In this document: piece by piece, positions 15,135-31,000 of the stretch | How the letters are laid out: each line of letters begins with the position of its first letter | Position numbering within the stretch: position 1 is the stretch's first letter | NCBI GenBank assembly: GCA_964016885.1 | Contig: OZ024743.1 | Coordinates: 31,558,001-31,622,000 of the forward strand | Direction of reading: 5' to 3' | Origin: Eledone cirrhosa | Taxonomy: Eukaryota | DNA length: 64,000 nt | Notes under the pieces: generated by a model | The model's database searches: none | The model's input: the letters and a program-made list of their open reading frames with translations, nothing else | What the model was told of the DNA's origin: nothing | Made by a program: the position numbers and the translations under genes

Positions 15135-15763
15135 CATATATAGAGTGTGTGTGTGTGTATATATACATATATATATATTTACAAATAAAGATTCAGCGAG
15201 AATCGCATTTCGGCCGGCAGGAAAAGCGAAGCGAAACGCAAGAATCAGAAATGATAATGGCAAAGTGCTCAATAGTTAAAAACCAGAGTTAAACAATGTG
15301 TTAAGAAGCCATACAAAACAGAAAAGGTGGTCAAGAAGGCATTAACCACCCAAGCTAAAAACCAAATCAAGCTAAACAGGTCAAAACAAAATAAATGATA
15401 AAAAATAAATGATAACCAGACCTGGACTCTCGGAATTGCTGTTAAAATCCGATGTAGAGTTTCTGTGAGATCTATATCAAAATACAGTCTCCTTAAAAAT
15501 ATAAGATTTGTGTATAACGATCGAACAAGGAATATCACGGTATCAACAGGTATTTCGGTCTGTACCAAATAAGTGAATGACACGGTGGTAAGTTAAACCA
15601 CGTGTAGAAACCCCAGATTTTGGCAAAGTAATTCAGTCAGTGTAAATCATGCGAAAAATAGCATATATAGCACAAATCGAATAAGTTCTCAACCGAGTAG
15701 TTTCTAAATAAACTTATACAATTAACCTGTCAATAGAAATTATTAACACGTTAATTGTAAGAC

Positions 15764-15818
<55 letters not shown>

Positions 15819-15819
<1 letters not shown>

Positions 15820-16008
15820 GTTATTCCGGGTTGAATCGGAGGTAACCACAGTAAGTAAGGTACTCAATACATAGCAGAGTATAACAGTTTTAATATAGAT
15901 GAGATTCTACAGGACTAGAACTGTTTCATTCATTAGAAATCATCAGGATTCCTGATGATTTCTAATGAATGAAACAGTTCTAGTCCTGTAGAATCTCATC
16001 TATATTAA

Positions 16009-16011
<3 letters not shown>
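15819..16011. mobile_element. Miniature PLE fold-back (family G) with HHR at the apex
   Basis: Palindrome 15887-16011 centred at 15949. Plus-strand HHR 15947-15995: gattc-CTGATGA-tttctaatgaat-GAAAcag-ttctagtc-ctGTA-gaatc. Confidence 0.85.
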
Positions 16012-16037
<26 letters not shown>

Positions 16038-16057
<20 letters not shown>

Positions 16058-16445
16058 CTATAGAGTAAAGCATGTCCAGAGAATTATTTGATAATATATA
16101 TACATCATCTCTATTCCCAATCAGCATAATTAACCACACAAAAAAAACAATTAGACCAGGCTATAAGAATAAAAAGGCATCTATGAAGAAACAGTAAATA
16201 AATATACCATTGCGGCGTTTTCGCGCACAGCCGCTATAGAATATTTACCCAACATTTCAACAGCACGTGGAAATTAATGAAATATACGGTCAACCATACA
16301 TAATTAGGTAAAAATTAATGTTAGAAATGCTTATATACATACCAGGATTAAATCACTAAATCCCGACCCTAGGGTTTCACTCACTTTTGAGATACCTTAT
16401 TAAGGAAATACTCGAGTCTTAGAGCTCTTCAGGGGACAAACTCGC
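16038..16445 (-). mobile_element. PLE-like family C terminus with HHR at 16360-16437
   Basis: Minus strand: gtccc-CTGAAGA-gctc...(internal hairpin)...gagt-GAAAC-cctagg-GTC-gggat. Confidence 0.8.
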
Positions 16446-16501
16446 TAGGAATCACTGAAATCAACAAAACAGAAATACTGCTTCCATTGCATCTTCACAT
16501 G

Positions 16502-16557
<56 letters not shown>

Positions 16558-16560
<3 letters not shown>

Positions 16561-17094
16561 GATAAATCTACCAAGAGTTTACGGTAGTGTCCAATCCGTA
16601 TGAAGAACTCAATGTATTCCGGATATCATGGAAAGAAGAGATGTAATGAAAATCCACTTTCGGTGAAAGATAAACGGTATACAGAGTCAAGATAAAATAT
16701 TAAACAAATAATGAACAAACAATTCCTTATATTAAAACAAAAAAAGTTCACTATTTAACGATCGTTTCTAGGGTATATATGTGTTATAATTGGTATGCAT
16801 ATTTAACAGATCTATGTACAAAATTATACAAAATTATACAAATTATCAAGATTAAATATACATACCTAACTCATATATACGCCGTCTTCAGAAATGATTA
16901 TTTCTGAAGACGGCGTATATATGAGTTAGGTATGTATATTTAATCTTGATAATTTGTATAATTTTGTATAATTTTGTACATAGATCTGTTAAATATGCAT
17001 ACCAATTATAACACATATATACCCTAGAAACGATCGTTAAATAGTGAACTTTTTTTGTTTTAATATAAGGAATTGTTTGTTCATTATTTGTTTA

Positions 17095-17102
<8 letters not shown>
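16558..17102. mobile_element. PLE family D fold-back with about 200-bp near-perfect arms; HHR in each arm
   Basis: Arms 16693-16895 / 16900-17102. Plus strand: tattt-CTGAAGA(16904)-about 115-nt stem II (ggcgtatatatg/catatataccc)-GAAAC-gatc-GTT-aaata. Confidence 0.85.
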
Positions 17103-18712
<1,610 letters not shown>

Positions 18713-21700
18713 TAAAAGGTGAAATTGGAAATAGCACGGAAAATAAATTTAAGGATTTGTTTTTCCTTTTTTTATTCTTTGATTCATTGAAAAAAAATAA
18801 GGAGGACCATATTTTTTTTTTTAAAGTTGTACTAGCATAAAGCGCTGCGTTGCTCGGGGCTGCTCAGTAGCTGTGTTAAAGTTACAATGTTAAGTTCCTT
18901 TCTTGGTTTAACAACTGTAGAGTCTACAGTGTAGACTTTCATGTGGTACTTTTGATTAATATTCCCTCAACCAATAGTATTCCTTATGAAGTTAAGAAAA
19001 CATAACCATAATCCGAATGTTAAAACAAAAGAGGATGCTGTGGATGAAAACTGCACTGGTAATCTATTAACAAAATTCGAAAGTGTAAACACTGCAACAC
19101 TTTTCTCAGAGAAAAACATCAGCGTAACCAAACTATCAGTTATTTTGAAACAAAGAAATTGGATGGACATGAAAAACAAAAGAAAAATGCGTTATCCGAA
19201 GTCGAGGGCGCAGGCAGCATCAAAGAGGTTCGCACCTGTGATTAAAAATATTGACAATGTAATAGCGTAGATGTTTAAGTATAAACTATGAAGAGCTCAT
19301 AACATACCCATGGTGAGTTTGACGGGCAGATTATAGACAGCCACAGCATGCGAAATGGATAACTGCAGCAAAAGCCATATTCACCAAAAAGAATCGCTGA
19401 AATCAACAAAACAGAAATGCTGCTTCCATTGCATCTTCACATGCAATTGAGAATGATGATGAAAGTTTACTTCAACGCACCATAAATACTGTTGTTGTGG
19501 TCGGAATGCATATTGAAACAATGAAAGAAATGACAGGAACAATCTTTGTATGTATGCGCCAAGTTGTGTGTGTCTATGTATTAAACGCCAGACTTGTCAG
19601 CGACTGGAGGGGCGTCCTTAACAATCGAAAGCATCGATTTCAGAGTCCGCTTTGATTTGCGAGCAATGCTGGTCCTTAGAGGCCTAGGTGTCAATAGAAT
19701 GCACTGCATCGATGTTGAATACATGTTTAGTAGAAGCTATATATTTAAGGCAGTCCGTGTAACATTGCCCTTTTGAACCCCAAAAAGCTATAAAACATCA
19801 CGGTATATAATATTCTTTGTTTTTCCGTTTGGAGCAAAAGCAAAGAGGTTGTTCCGGCTGCCAACTCGAGGACATCCAACGTAGAATTGTCCATGTGAAA
19901 AACATGACTCCTCCATGTGAAGTACTGCCACAGATAAAGTCTAACCCCGGGATTTGTTGATGGACATAGCAAAGGCAACACGAAGGGGAAATTGGGTTCG
20001 TTTAAAAGAATAGGGTGCCTCCACTCCTGATGTAGTAAGAGTTACCGTAGATATTAAAACATCTCCTTTTCCACACCCCGACATAATCGTAGCATAAATA
20101 ATGTTCTGTGACATCCTATTGACAACAAGGCGTGTACCATTGCAAAGCTTGGGAGGGGTTATATCCTGAGAAGTATGACTGGACATCCTTCCTTGAGAGA
20201 CAAAATATGTTGAGGTAGACCGGGAATATCCAATGAATAGAGGAATTTTAATGGGATAATTGACCGCATCATGTGCATCAACATTGGTATCTATAGACTT
20301 AAAAGTCTAATCATTTCCAGGAAGACTTTCAAGCTTTTGGCGATTAATAGCGGAGACAGTAACATGTGTAGGAGCTAATATAGCCCTCTCACACAGCCAT
20401 GTATGATTGCGGTAATTATCTACCAAGTTGGGAAAAACGGCTGCCTTGAGATCTTCGACAGTGTTAACCAGACAGCATATATTGTCGAGTGCAATGTCTC
20501 CATGCACATCTGAAGGAACTTTGCCGTCGCTAAGAATGAGAAGGTCTTCAGCAAATTTTTAGACACAGTATCGCCATGCAGTTGAACACGCATGTCAATG
20601 GTCAGACGAAATGTTGTTACCTGTTGCCACAGTGGAGAAGACTTCAGGCAGGCCCGAACTTGACCCGCTTTGGTGCCCCTTGGAATAACCGGCAAAGTTT
20701 GTCGAAAGTCCCCAAAAGCAAAAGAGTTACACCCCCCCTCCCCATGGTCTCCTGACGGTCTCTAATGTCTTTCAGTGTTCTAGCTAAGGCCTCAATAGCT
20801 CCTTTGTGAGCCATGGTGTATTCATCCCACACAATCAGTTGGTACCGTCGTAGCAGTTCTGCTCTTGGACTATCCTTGGTGATGTCACAGAGCAGTGTTT
20901 CAGCTGATACCAAGTTAAGCGGAAGCTTAAAGGTAGAGTGTGCTGTCCTGTCGCCAGGAAGTAGTGTTGCTGCAATACCGGATGATGCCACGGCTATTGC
21001 GATAACCTCATTCTGTCTAACTTGGGCAAGAAGAAGTTTAGTAACAAAGGGTTTTCCAGTGCCTTCAAGGGCATCAAAAAAGAATATACCACCCCATAGA
21101 TGAAATACATAGTCGGTGATAGTGTTGTATGCAAATTGCTGATCGAGAAGTAGTTTTGGTTCCATTTCAAACATATATCTAGCTAGAGTGTCGACATCAT
21201 AAGATGTTTCTTGGATAATGAGAGTTGGAATTTTATTAGAATCAGTGCGGTGGGTTTGTGGCAGACCGTATGCTGGCAAGGCATTCCCACCAATAAGGAA
21301 CATCTGTCCTCTATGTCTATAAGCCCTTTATTGTATAAATCATCACTGAAATCTACTTCTATGTCAGGAAGTAGTAGTTGAGCCTGGTGCAGGAAGTCCT
21401 CAGACAGTTGGTTCCGAAACTTCAACCATAATGTGTAGGGATCACAAATGTTACATAAGTGAAGAAGCTTTGCAAAGAGCTCTCGTAGGCTTCCAGCTGA
21501 GTGTGATGAAGCGATCTCCGCCACGATTGCATCCCATCGTGAATCATCTTCAAGCATACCACGAGCCAAACGATTACCGTAAGTTCTGAGGTCCTCAAAA
21601 CTGGTCGGTCCTTTGACCTCATGCAGTAGCATTCGAAGATAGAAGCACTCGTGTTGATTTGGAGGAATCGTATACAATCGCCCCAAGCAATTAGTGAATT

Positions 21701-22257
21701 TGATCCCGGGAACTCCAATAACTGGTTGGACCGTCTTTCTGCGACTCCATGCTTTTTATTCCATGTGTAGTATGATGGCACCTGACGATACAGCAATAGT
21801 TTTGCGAAGTCATCGTATTCGCACAGTTTGAAAAATCCATTTAAAGTTGTCTCCCTGGGGTCTGTGCCAATTCAGCGGCATTTTTGTTGGTATAGTACAT
21901 CCGTTGTCCGTGTTCTAGGTGTACATATAATTTTACAATTGAAGGATGCCTATCATGTATTGGTAAACCGAAGATTCGCGAAAAGGCTTCGCTACTACTT
22001 ATGTAGCGCCCTACTTGCAATTGCGTTACTTCGTCAATATTCTTTTCGTTGAGTATATGGAACAAAGCAGCGTCAGAACCCTTATTAACATATTTACATA
22101 TGTATTTGATGCACTTCACGGAGCTGCAGAATTCAACTTAATGTGTGCATTGAAAGTACTGAGAAGGAGTGGGCAATAAGGAATGATCCATCGGTTGTCA
22201 ACCTCGCCATTCTTAACCCTTGCCGCAAAACCTCCCTCTTCACGTTGCCTACATCTA

Positions 22258-22450
22258 TATAATTATTTCTACTTTAGGCACACAGCCAGCAATTACCCAG
22301 TGCATTACTGGTACTTTATTTTATCGACCCCGTAAGGATGAAAGGCAAAATCAACCTCGGCGGGATTTGAACTCAGACTGTAAAGGGACGTAACTATGCT
22401 GGAAAGCATGGCGTCCGACCCTCTACCGATACTGCCAATCCACCACCCTC
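22258..22450 (-). mobile_element. SINE family 1 inserted into Helitron Rep, with target-site duplication
   Basis: catctatataat at 22252-22263 and 22450-22461; the insertion interrupts GYPLYR. Confidence 0.88.
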
Positions 22451-23659
22451 ATCTATATAATGGGTAGCCAACATTGCCAGTCTGAATATCGCGAATAAAT
22501 TGACGGGAAAATTGTTCAGTTCATCTTTTATTGCCTGTAACGCATGGTAAATATGTTCTAAAGCCAGGCCCACATGGACCATGTACCATATGTGCCCTAA
22601 CTTTCATATACAAGTCCTTGTCAGTGGAAGGATCGAGTAATTCTTCAGAGATAATCCTGTCAATGTCGTTAGGACTAACCTTTGTTGTCAGCCAAATAAG
22701 AATATCAGCATGGGGGAGGCCCTTTTTGCCATTCGATTGTGGACCTGTCACAGTGAACTTCCGAAATCCTCACCTACTTTGATAAGATCCATAAGCTTAA
22801 GTAACTTAAGACGGAATACTCTAGCCGCGAGATCAGGTCGGCGTGTGGCGTTCTGACCAGGGAGGAATTTGCCCTCAATCTCCTTCCAATTGGGGTTACA
22901 AGTAAAAGATATAAATAAGTCTGGCCTGACGTAATGTTGTACAATGGTCATGGAGTCCTGTGTCCTTTCATGCATATATAGAGGGCTTCCCGTGAAGGTA
23001 GATGGCAGAATGCATACTTTTCCAAGACTCTCAGGATCCGCATCATTGTTCATTCCATCATGAAGGTATATGTAACTGTCACAACGCAACTTTTTTTGAT
23101 TGAGTTTGATAAAACACAATCTCTCAGATTCCATTTTTGCACACATGTCAGTTGCATACTGGTTGAAAAGGTCTTTAGAGCGATGGAGGTGACTAAAACA
23201 GTCATCTCGGATCATGAATCGGAATGCATAGAAGTCCTTGCATGAAACTGTTTTGGTAGAATGAACCTCTGAATTGGTAGATTTACATTGTGGAATGCCA
23301 AAACGGTATCCCTCCCCTCCATATACAAAAAGCAGCGTGTATTGGAGTGCGTCGTATGATCGTAAGAAGAAGCCTCAATGACTGTGGTGGATTCCTAGAA
23401 GGGTGCAAGTTTACCTTACCATTAGAGCAGCACATTCCAGCTGGTTCATCCGGCCACTTTTTGGCTTTGCCAATATCGAAAATTTCAGACATGCCGCCGA
23501 CTTGAATATGAGGGTGTATAGGATGATTATTAGCGGGGACATAATTGAAAGTCTTCAATGACAATTGTGATATCGCAGCCCTCGAAATACTCCGCTTATG
23601 GGCTTTAAACTGAAACACACACCCAGTTGAATAATTCGGCTAGCTGCTGTCTCCGCTTC

Positions 23660-24350
23660 TCGCTGCAGGGTCTCTGCTCTGACGAAGATCACGTTGAACA
23701 TCATTCTCTGCAGCTCGCGCAGCTGCCGAAGCAGCCGCGTCTCTGCTCTGACGAAGATCACGTTCTACATCATTCTCTGCAGTTCGCGTAGCTGACGTAG
23801 CAGCCGCGTCTCTGCTCTGACGAAGATCACGTTGAACATCATTCTCTGCAGCTCGCGCAGCTGACGTAGCAGCCGCGTCTCTGCTCTGACGAAGATCACG
23901 TTCAACATTATTCTCTGCAGCTCGCGCAGCTGACGTAGCAGCCGCGTCTCTGCTCTGACGAAGATCACGTTCAACATTATTCTCTGCAGCTCGCGCAGCT
24001 GCCGTAGCAGCCCCGTCACTACTCTGACGAAGATCAGGTTCAACATTATTCTCTGCAGCTCGCGCAGCTGCCGTAGCAGCTCCGTCACTGCTCTGACGAA
24101 GATCAGGTTCAACATTATTCTCTGCAGCTCGCGCAGCTGCCGTAGCAGCCCCGTCACTGTTCTGACGAAGATCAGGTTCAACATTATTCTCTGCAGCTCG
24201 CGCAGCTGCCGTAGCAGCCCCGTCTCTGCTCTGACGAAGATCACGTTCAACATTATTCTCTGCAGCTCGCGCAGCTGCCGTAGCAGCCCCGTCACTACTC
24301 TGACGAAGATCAGGTTCAACATTATTTTCTTCTGCAGCTCGCGCAGCTGC
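23660..24350 (-). repeat. 69-bp (23-aa) coding tandem repeat, about 10 units, in the Helitron N-terminal region
   Basis: AARAAENNVERDLRQSRDAAATS repeats in ORF 23640-24401. Confidence 0.92.
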
Positions 24351-24519
24351 TTTTGCCTTTTCATTTCTTGCAAGCCGAGTTTGACGTTCCTCGTTATTCA
24401 CAGGAGCATGTTATGATGCAGTTGAAGAAGCATTTCTGGTGCGTCGAAGTAAACACTCGTCATCATTCTCAGTTGCATGTGAAGATACAATGGAAGCAGA
24501 ATTTCTGGCCCGTCGACTC

Positions 24520-24774
24520 AAGTTTGTATACATATGGTACATAGATCTATTGAATATGCATACCAACTCTAACACATATATATATCCTAGAAACTATCGT
24601 AAAATTATGAATTTTTTTAATATGAGGAACTGTTTCTTTGTTTATTCATTATTTTATTAATTTATCTTGACTCTGTTTTCAGTTTGAATGCATCTTCTCT
24701 TTTCATGATATCCGGATTACATTGAGTTCTTCATACGAATTGGACACTACCGTAAATTTTTGGTAGATTTATCT

Positions 24775-24778
<4 letters not shown>
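24520..24778 (+). mobile_element. PLE family D 3' end (long terminus, 3' half of HHR) fused to the truncated Helitron
   Basis: Diverged reverse complement of 16558-16830. Confidence 0.8.
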
Positions 24779-24841
<63 letters not shown>

Positions 24842-24868
24842 TATATATATATACATAAATATATATAT

Positions 24869-24970
<102 letters not shown>

Positions 24971-24984
24971 ATATATATATTTAT

Positions 24985-26326
24985 AATTAAATCTATCCCT
25001 AAAAATATTTCCCTTAGAATCTCGGGTCTATCTTCTAACATACAAGTATTTAAGGAACACGCCGAGTACTACGATAACGCCCTTAGTAAAGCAGGCTACC
25101 TCAACAAAATAGAGTACATGGATGGGAACAATCAAGACACCCAAAATAAATCCCACATAGGTAGATATAATAACACAACACCAAACCACACTTACTACCA
25201 TAGTATGCACACCAGTAAACCAACAAACAAAACTAATAGAAAGCGATGCAAAGAGTACTTATGGTATAACCCCGAATACAATAGCTCCATTAGTACAAAT
25301 TTACCAGTACTCTTCTTTAAAATAATTAAAAGACATTTTCCCACATCACACAAATACCACAAAATCCTAAACCCTACCACTATAAGACTGTCATACTCTA
25401 CAGCGTTAAACCTTGAACAACACATAAAAAAGATCAATACTAGAAGGTTAAACGAAAACACTAAGAACTTAAGTACAAAGAACACAAAAAAAACAGTAGA
25501 TAATACACTACAGAACATAAATAAACCAGACCTAAGTTCGTCCGCAATACTACTCCAGAGAAAACCCAACGTACACAACTGTAACTGCACCTATCCTGAC
25601 AACTGCCCCCTCGGCAATAACTGCCAGGAAAAAAATATTATTTATAAGTGTACCATTAAATCCGGAGGCAACGAGTGGTATTACGTGGGATCAACGGCAA
25701 CATCGTTTAAATCTCGATTGTATAGGCATTCTTACTCAATAAAACACCAGAGCCAAAGAAATGTAACAACTTTAGCAGAAAAAGCTTGGACGCTCAGGGA
25801 TAGCAATCAAAAGTTTACCCTAAAATGGGAAAAATTAGCTAAAACCCAAAGCTTTTCCAGGAGCCAAAATTTCTGCAAATTGTGTAATCTTGAGATTTAT
25901 TACATAATCACACACAAGAAGAAACTGCTGAATAACAGAATTGAACGAACATTATTCTGCCGTCACAGAACTAAAACCCTTTTTTCCCACTACAAGCCGA
26001 ATATTACATAAAAGAGGGACATCCCCCAACTATATAAACCTTAATCTAGTTAGAAAAATATAAAAACAATCTCTTCTCAACATATATTAATAACTTTAAA
26101 TTACCATACTAATAATGAAAAGATATGCTGATAAGAATAGGTACAAATATGCGATAATGAATGTGTCTAAAAACGTCCATAAGTATGTATATATATGTGA
26201 AAATGTATATAAATAAGTAAATATATATATATGTTTGGTGTGTATAGTTAGATGTAAGTGTATTCATGTATTAAAGTGCTTATATATATATATATATGTA
26301 TATGTGTGTATATGTATATATGTGTA

Positions 26327-26421
<95 letters not shown>

Positions 26422-27124
26422 GTGTATATGGATGTGTATGTATGTGTATGTGTGTACACATGGACTAGAGTATGTATGTATATATGTGTGTGTCTATACG
26501 TGTGTATATAAAGATAAGTTGAGTACGAAAATGTATACACTTGAGCGCGTATGTATGTACATGAATACATGTGTGTATATATATGTGTATGCATGTGTAT
26601 ATATATGTAAGTATGAATATGTGAATTGTGAGTATATGTATTTTGTAGAGGTGTGCAAATATATTTGTGTGTGAATGCGTGGGTGAAAGGATACGTACAC
26701 TTGAAAGAAAAATTTAAGTCTGAATGTTAATTAAGTGCAAACACAAAACCAACCACGCATATCTTTACTATCTCTAATCCTTCTATAGATTTAGAAAAAT
26801 AACCAATAATATATTCTATAAAAAATGTCAAAACAACAGATGGGAATCTAATTACTCACTGCCACCAAGAATTCTCACTGCTATCGAAAAACCACTCCTT
26901 CAACTATTCTTCTAACAACTTCACCCCTCCCTCCTAATATTCTCTATAAAAACTAAATAGGTCCTCAGTAATATTATTCTGATGAAATGACAGTAAATAA
27001 TAACATTGAAATATTGAATGTCTGCATAACTAAAAGTTTGTAGATAGCTGTTTTAGGTTATGTAACTGTTATAGAAACACGTGTCAATAAATTCCTTTCA
27101 ACTAAACTGTATCCATTCATATTT

Positions 27125-27127
<3 letters not shown>
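24985..27127 (+). mobile_element. PLE family A, 5'-truncated: RT thumb + GIY-YIG ORF (about 24986-26011), 3'UTR with HHR
   Basis: LWYNP, CNC..CPL..NC, IIYKC...YVGST..FKSR..H, CKLC and CRH motifs. Probably Naiad/Chlamys-type (inference). (TA)n on both sides. Confidence 0.9.
26974..27090 (+). ncRNA. Type I HHR with branched stem II of about 90 nt
   Basis: ttatt-CTGATGA-a-atgacagt...(tgcataac/gttatgta hairpin)...actgttat-a-GAAAC-acgt-GTC-aataa. Confidence 0.82.
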
Positions 27128-28035
<908 letters not shown>

Positions 28036-28048
<13 letters not shown>

Positions 28049-31000
28049 TAAATATATGGAAAGTTATATTTAAAATTGTTGGGTTACAACTAGTAAATAT
28101 TTATAACTGATATAAAAGCACTCGACAAATATTTGGAGTATATTTACAATATTAAATAAATGGAAACTATATTTATAAAACCATATCTATTTCATTATAT
28201 ATATTTCGGGGATATCATATTAAAAATATGCTATGCCTTCCTCAGACAAAATACAATATAAACAGTTTTATAGATAAATAGATAAATAGATTCGACATAC
28301 CGTTATAACACCGACTTGCATTTGAAGAGGTTAAGCTGGCAGTGAAAAAATTTTATACAGGGAGAAAGAAAGAGAGAAAAAAGAAAGAAAGACAGAAAAC
28401 GAAGAAAAGGAGGAAAAAGAAGAAATGCATGGAACAAAATATAGAGATGGAAAGATAGATAAAGAGAAGAACTTCATGTAAAGAAACAGAAAGATATATA
28501 TAGAGAGAGAGAGGAAATAGAGATAGATACATATATATATTTAGAAAATCAGGTAGTGGGAGGTCATTTTGAGTAAATGTATCAATGATACATTTATTTA
28601 TTTATTTATTTATTTAGCTCTAGTATTAATGTAAGGGAGATATATATATAGAGAAAAAAATATAGAGAGAGAAAAAATAGCGAGAGAAAAAATTTAAAAA
28701 TAGCCAGATATATTCGAGGCGTAAAAACCCTATGTCTTAATGTATTAGAATTCATAAAACTTCCACTATATTGTAAATATCAGTATTCCTGAATGAGACA
28801 AGTATCCATAGTGTGTGAAAATTAATTATCTTATGTTTAGTTTTTAAAAAAAAATTCATATGTTTATGTTATAGCTACAAACATCCATGTGAATCCACAT
28901 TATCAACTCTGCAAACTCTAAGTTCACGGAAAACATTCTCAATGTGGTATAAAAATTTGAGTATACATATATGTGTATTATTATTCCTGTCTTTACTCTA
29001 CAAGATTATCTATCAAGCAGAAATAGAGAGCAGATTTCAATATACTAATAGAAATATATATCAGAAACAAAACTAAAAATAAAAAAAACTCTGTTCAAAA
29101 ACGTATCTCTAGGATCTCGTCGAATAGAAAGATTTTCGACGAAAGGGCCCAATACAATAATGAAGCATTAGCTAGGGCAGGATATGCTGATAAGATTGTG
29201 TACATAGATAATGATAGACAAACTAAACAAAGTAACAACTTTTTTAATTACGGCAACAACATTAACAACTATAATAGAAAGCATTACAATAATTCCAAAG
29301 GCCAAAAAAGAAATAGAACTAGGAACATAATTTGGTTTGCCCCCCCTTTCTCACTAAACATTAAAACCCACATCGCTAAATTATTTTTCAAAGCTCTTGA
29401 TAATCGCTTCCCTAGAACACATAGGTATCACTCAATTTTCAATAGGCATACAATTAAATTAACCTACTGATCCACCAAAAATTTAGCACAAAATATTAAT
29501 AGAATAAATAATAGGAACTTAAAACCTATTGATAATAGCATAAATAATATACAAGTTAACAAATGTAACTGTAGAGATAGATCTAAATGTCCGTTAAATA
29601 ACAACTGCTTAGTCAAAAATATAGTATACAATTGTAATGTTAATACTGACTCTAATTCTTTTAACTACGTCGGTTCCACATCGACGGAATTTAAACTTCG
29701 CTATAATAACCACAAGAATTCTTTCACAGATCCAAGCAAAAAATCTTCAACAGCACTATCAGGCGTACTCTGGCAACTTAGGCTAGATAACGTTAGATAT
29801 TCGACGGCTTGGAATATAGTCTCAAGAGGAATTCCTTTTAATTCATCCTCTGAGACATGTGACCTCTGCGCAGAGGAGATATTCTTTATACTAAAATCTA
29901 AAAATTCCCTTAATCTACGGACAAATTTATTCAGTTGTTGCAAACATAGATTAAACTCAACGTTTAAATATAAATTTAAATTTAAAATGTGGTATATTTA
30001 GTTTGATTTATATTTATATGGTAAACTAGCCGATACATTTTTGATTCCTAAATTTTTGATTCCTTCTTTTTATTCTTTTTTTATTGTTTATTTTTATTTT
30101 ATTTTTATTTAAACATTCCTCATGAAAAATTAAGCTACCCTAAAAGCTGATGCTCCAAATATTTTGAATAAACCTTACACTAGATAAACTTCTATATTAA
30201 ATATAAGAACACATGTAGACCAAATTGGACATAATAAACTTTTTGAAATGATCTTTGCTAGATGTGATTTGATAGATAATTTTTGGCTTTGTCTTATAAT
30301 GAACTTGGCAATATATTGTCAATTAATTTTGAAGGGTTGATCTTTGTGGTTTATTTTTATTTTTTATTATTGTAGTATTTTATAATATTTTTTATTTTTA
30401 TTTTTAATATCTTTAATATGTAAATTTTTTAATACGTAATATTTTTTTAATACGTAATATTTTTTAGTATGTAATATTTTTAATATGTAATATTCTTTCG
30501 TAATATTTTTTTTAGTTTTCTATTTTATTATTACTTATTATTATTATTATTGTTATCTTTTTATTTTTAGTTTTGTTTCTGATATATATTTTTATTAGTA
30601 TATTGAAATCTGCTCTCTATTTCTGCTTGATAGATAATCTTGTAGAGTAAAGACAGGAATAATAATACACATATATGTATACTCAAATTTTTATACCACA
30701 TTGAGAATGTTTTCCGTGAACTTAGAGTTTGCAGAGTTGATAATGTGGATTCACATGGATGTTTGTAGCTATAACATAAACATATGAATTTTTTTTTAAA
30801 AACTAAACATAAGATAATTAATTTTCACACACTATGGATACTTGTCTCATTCAGGAATACTGATATTTACAATATAGTGGAAGTTTTATGAATTCTAATA
30901 CATTAAGACATAGGGTTTTTACGCCTCGAATATACCTGGCTATTTTTAAATTTTTTCTCTCGCTATTTTTTCTCTCTCTATATTTTTTTCTCTATATATA

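Larger units (their letters stand above)
18832..24510 (-). mobile_element. Helitron with decayed Rep/PIF1-helicase gene; 3' CTAG terminus present, 5' end missing
   Basis: Rep motifs GLPHADILIW and KYICKYVNKG. PIF1 motifs GTGK, AVASSGIAATLLPGDRTAHS, IVWDE, LCNGTRL and QFPLRVAFAMSINKS. Minus-strand end ccccgagcaacgcagcgctttatgCTAG|T at 18832. Confidence 0.92.

Noticed and set aside
23660-24350. CRISPR-like array
   Set aside because: Contiguous coding tandem repeat with no unique spacers, in a eukaryotic context.
29468-29470. In-frame TGA as selenocysteine in the PLE ORF
   Set aside because: The sister copy has TCA (Ser) at this position, so it is a simple nonsense mutation.
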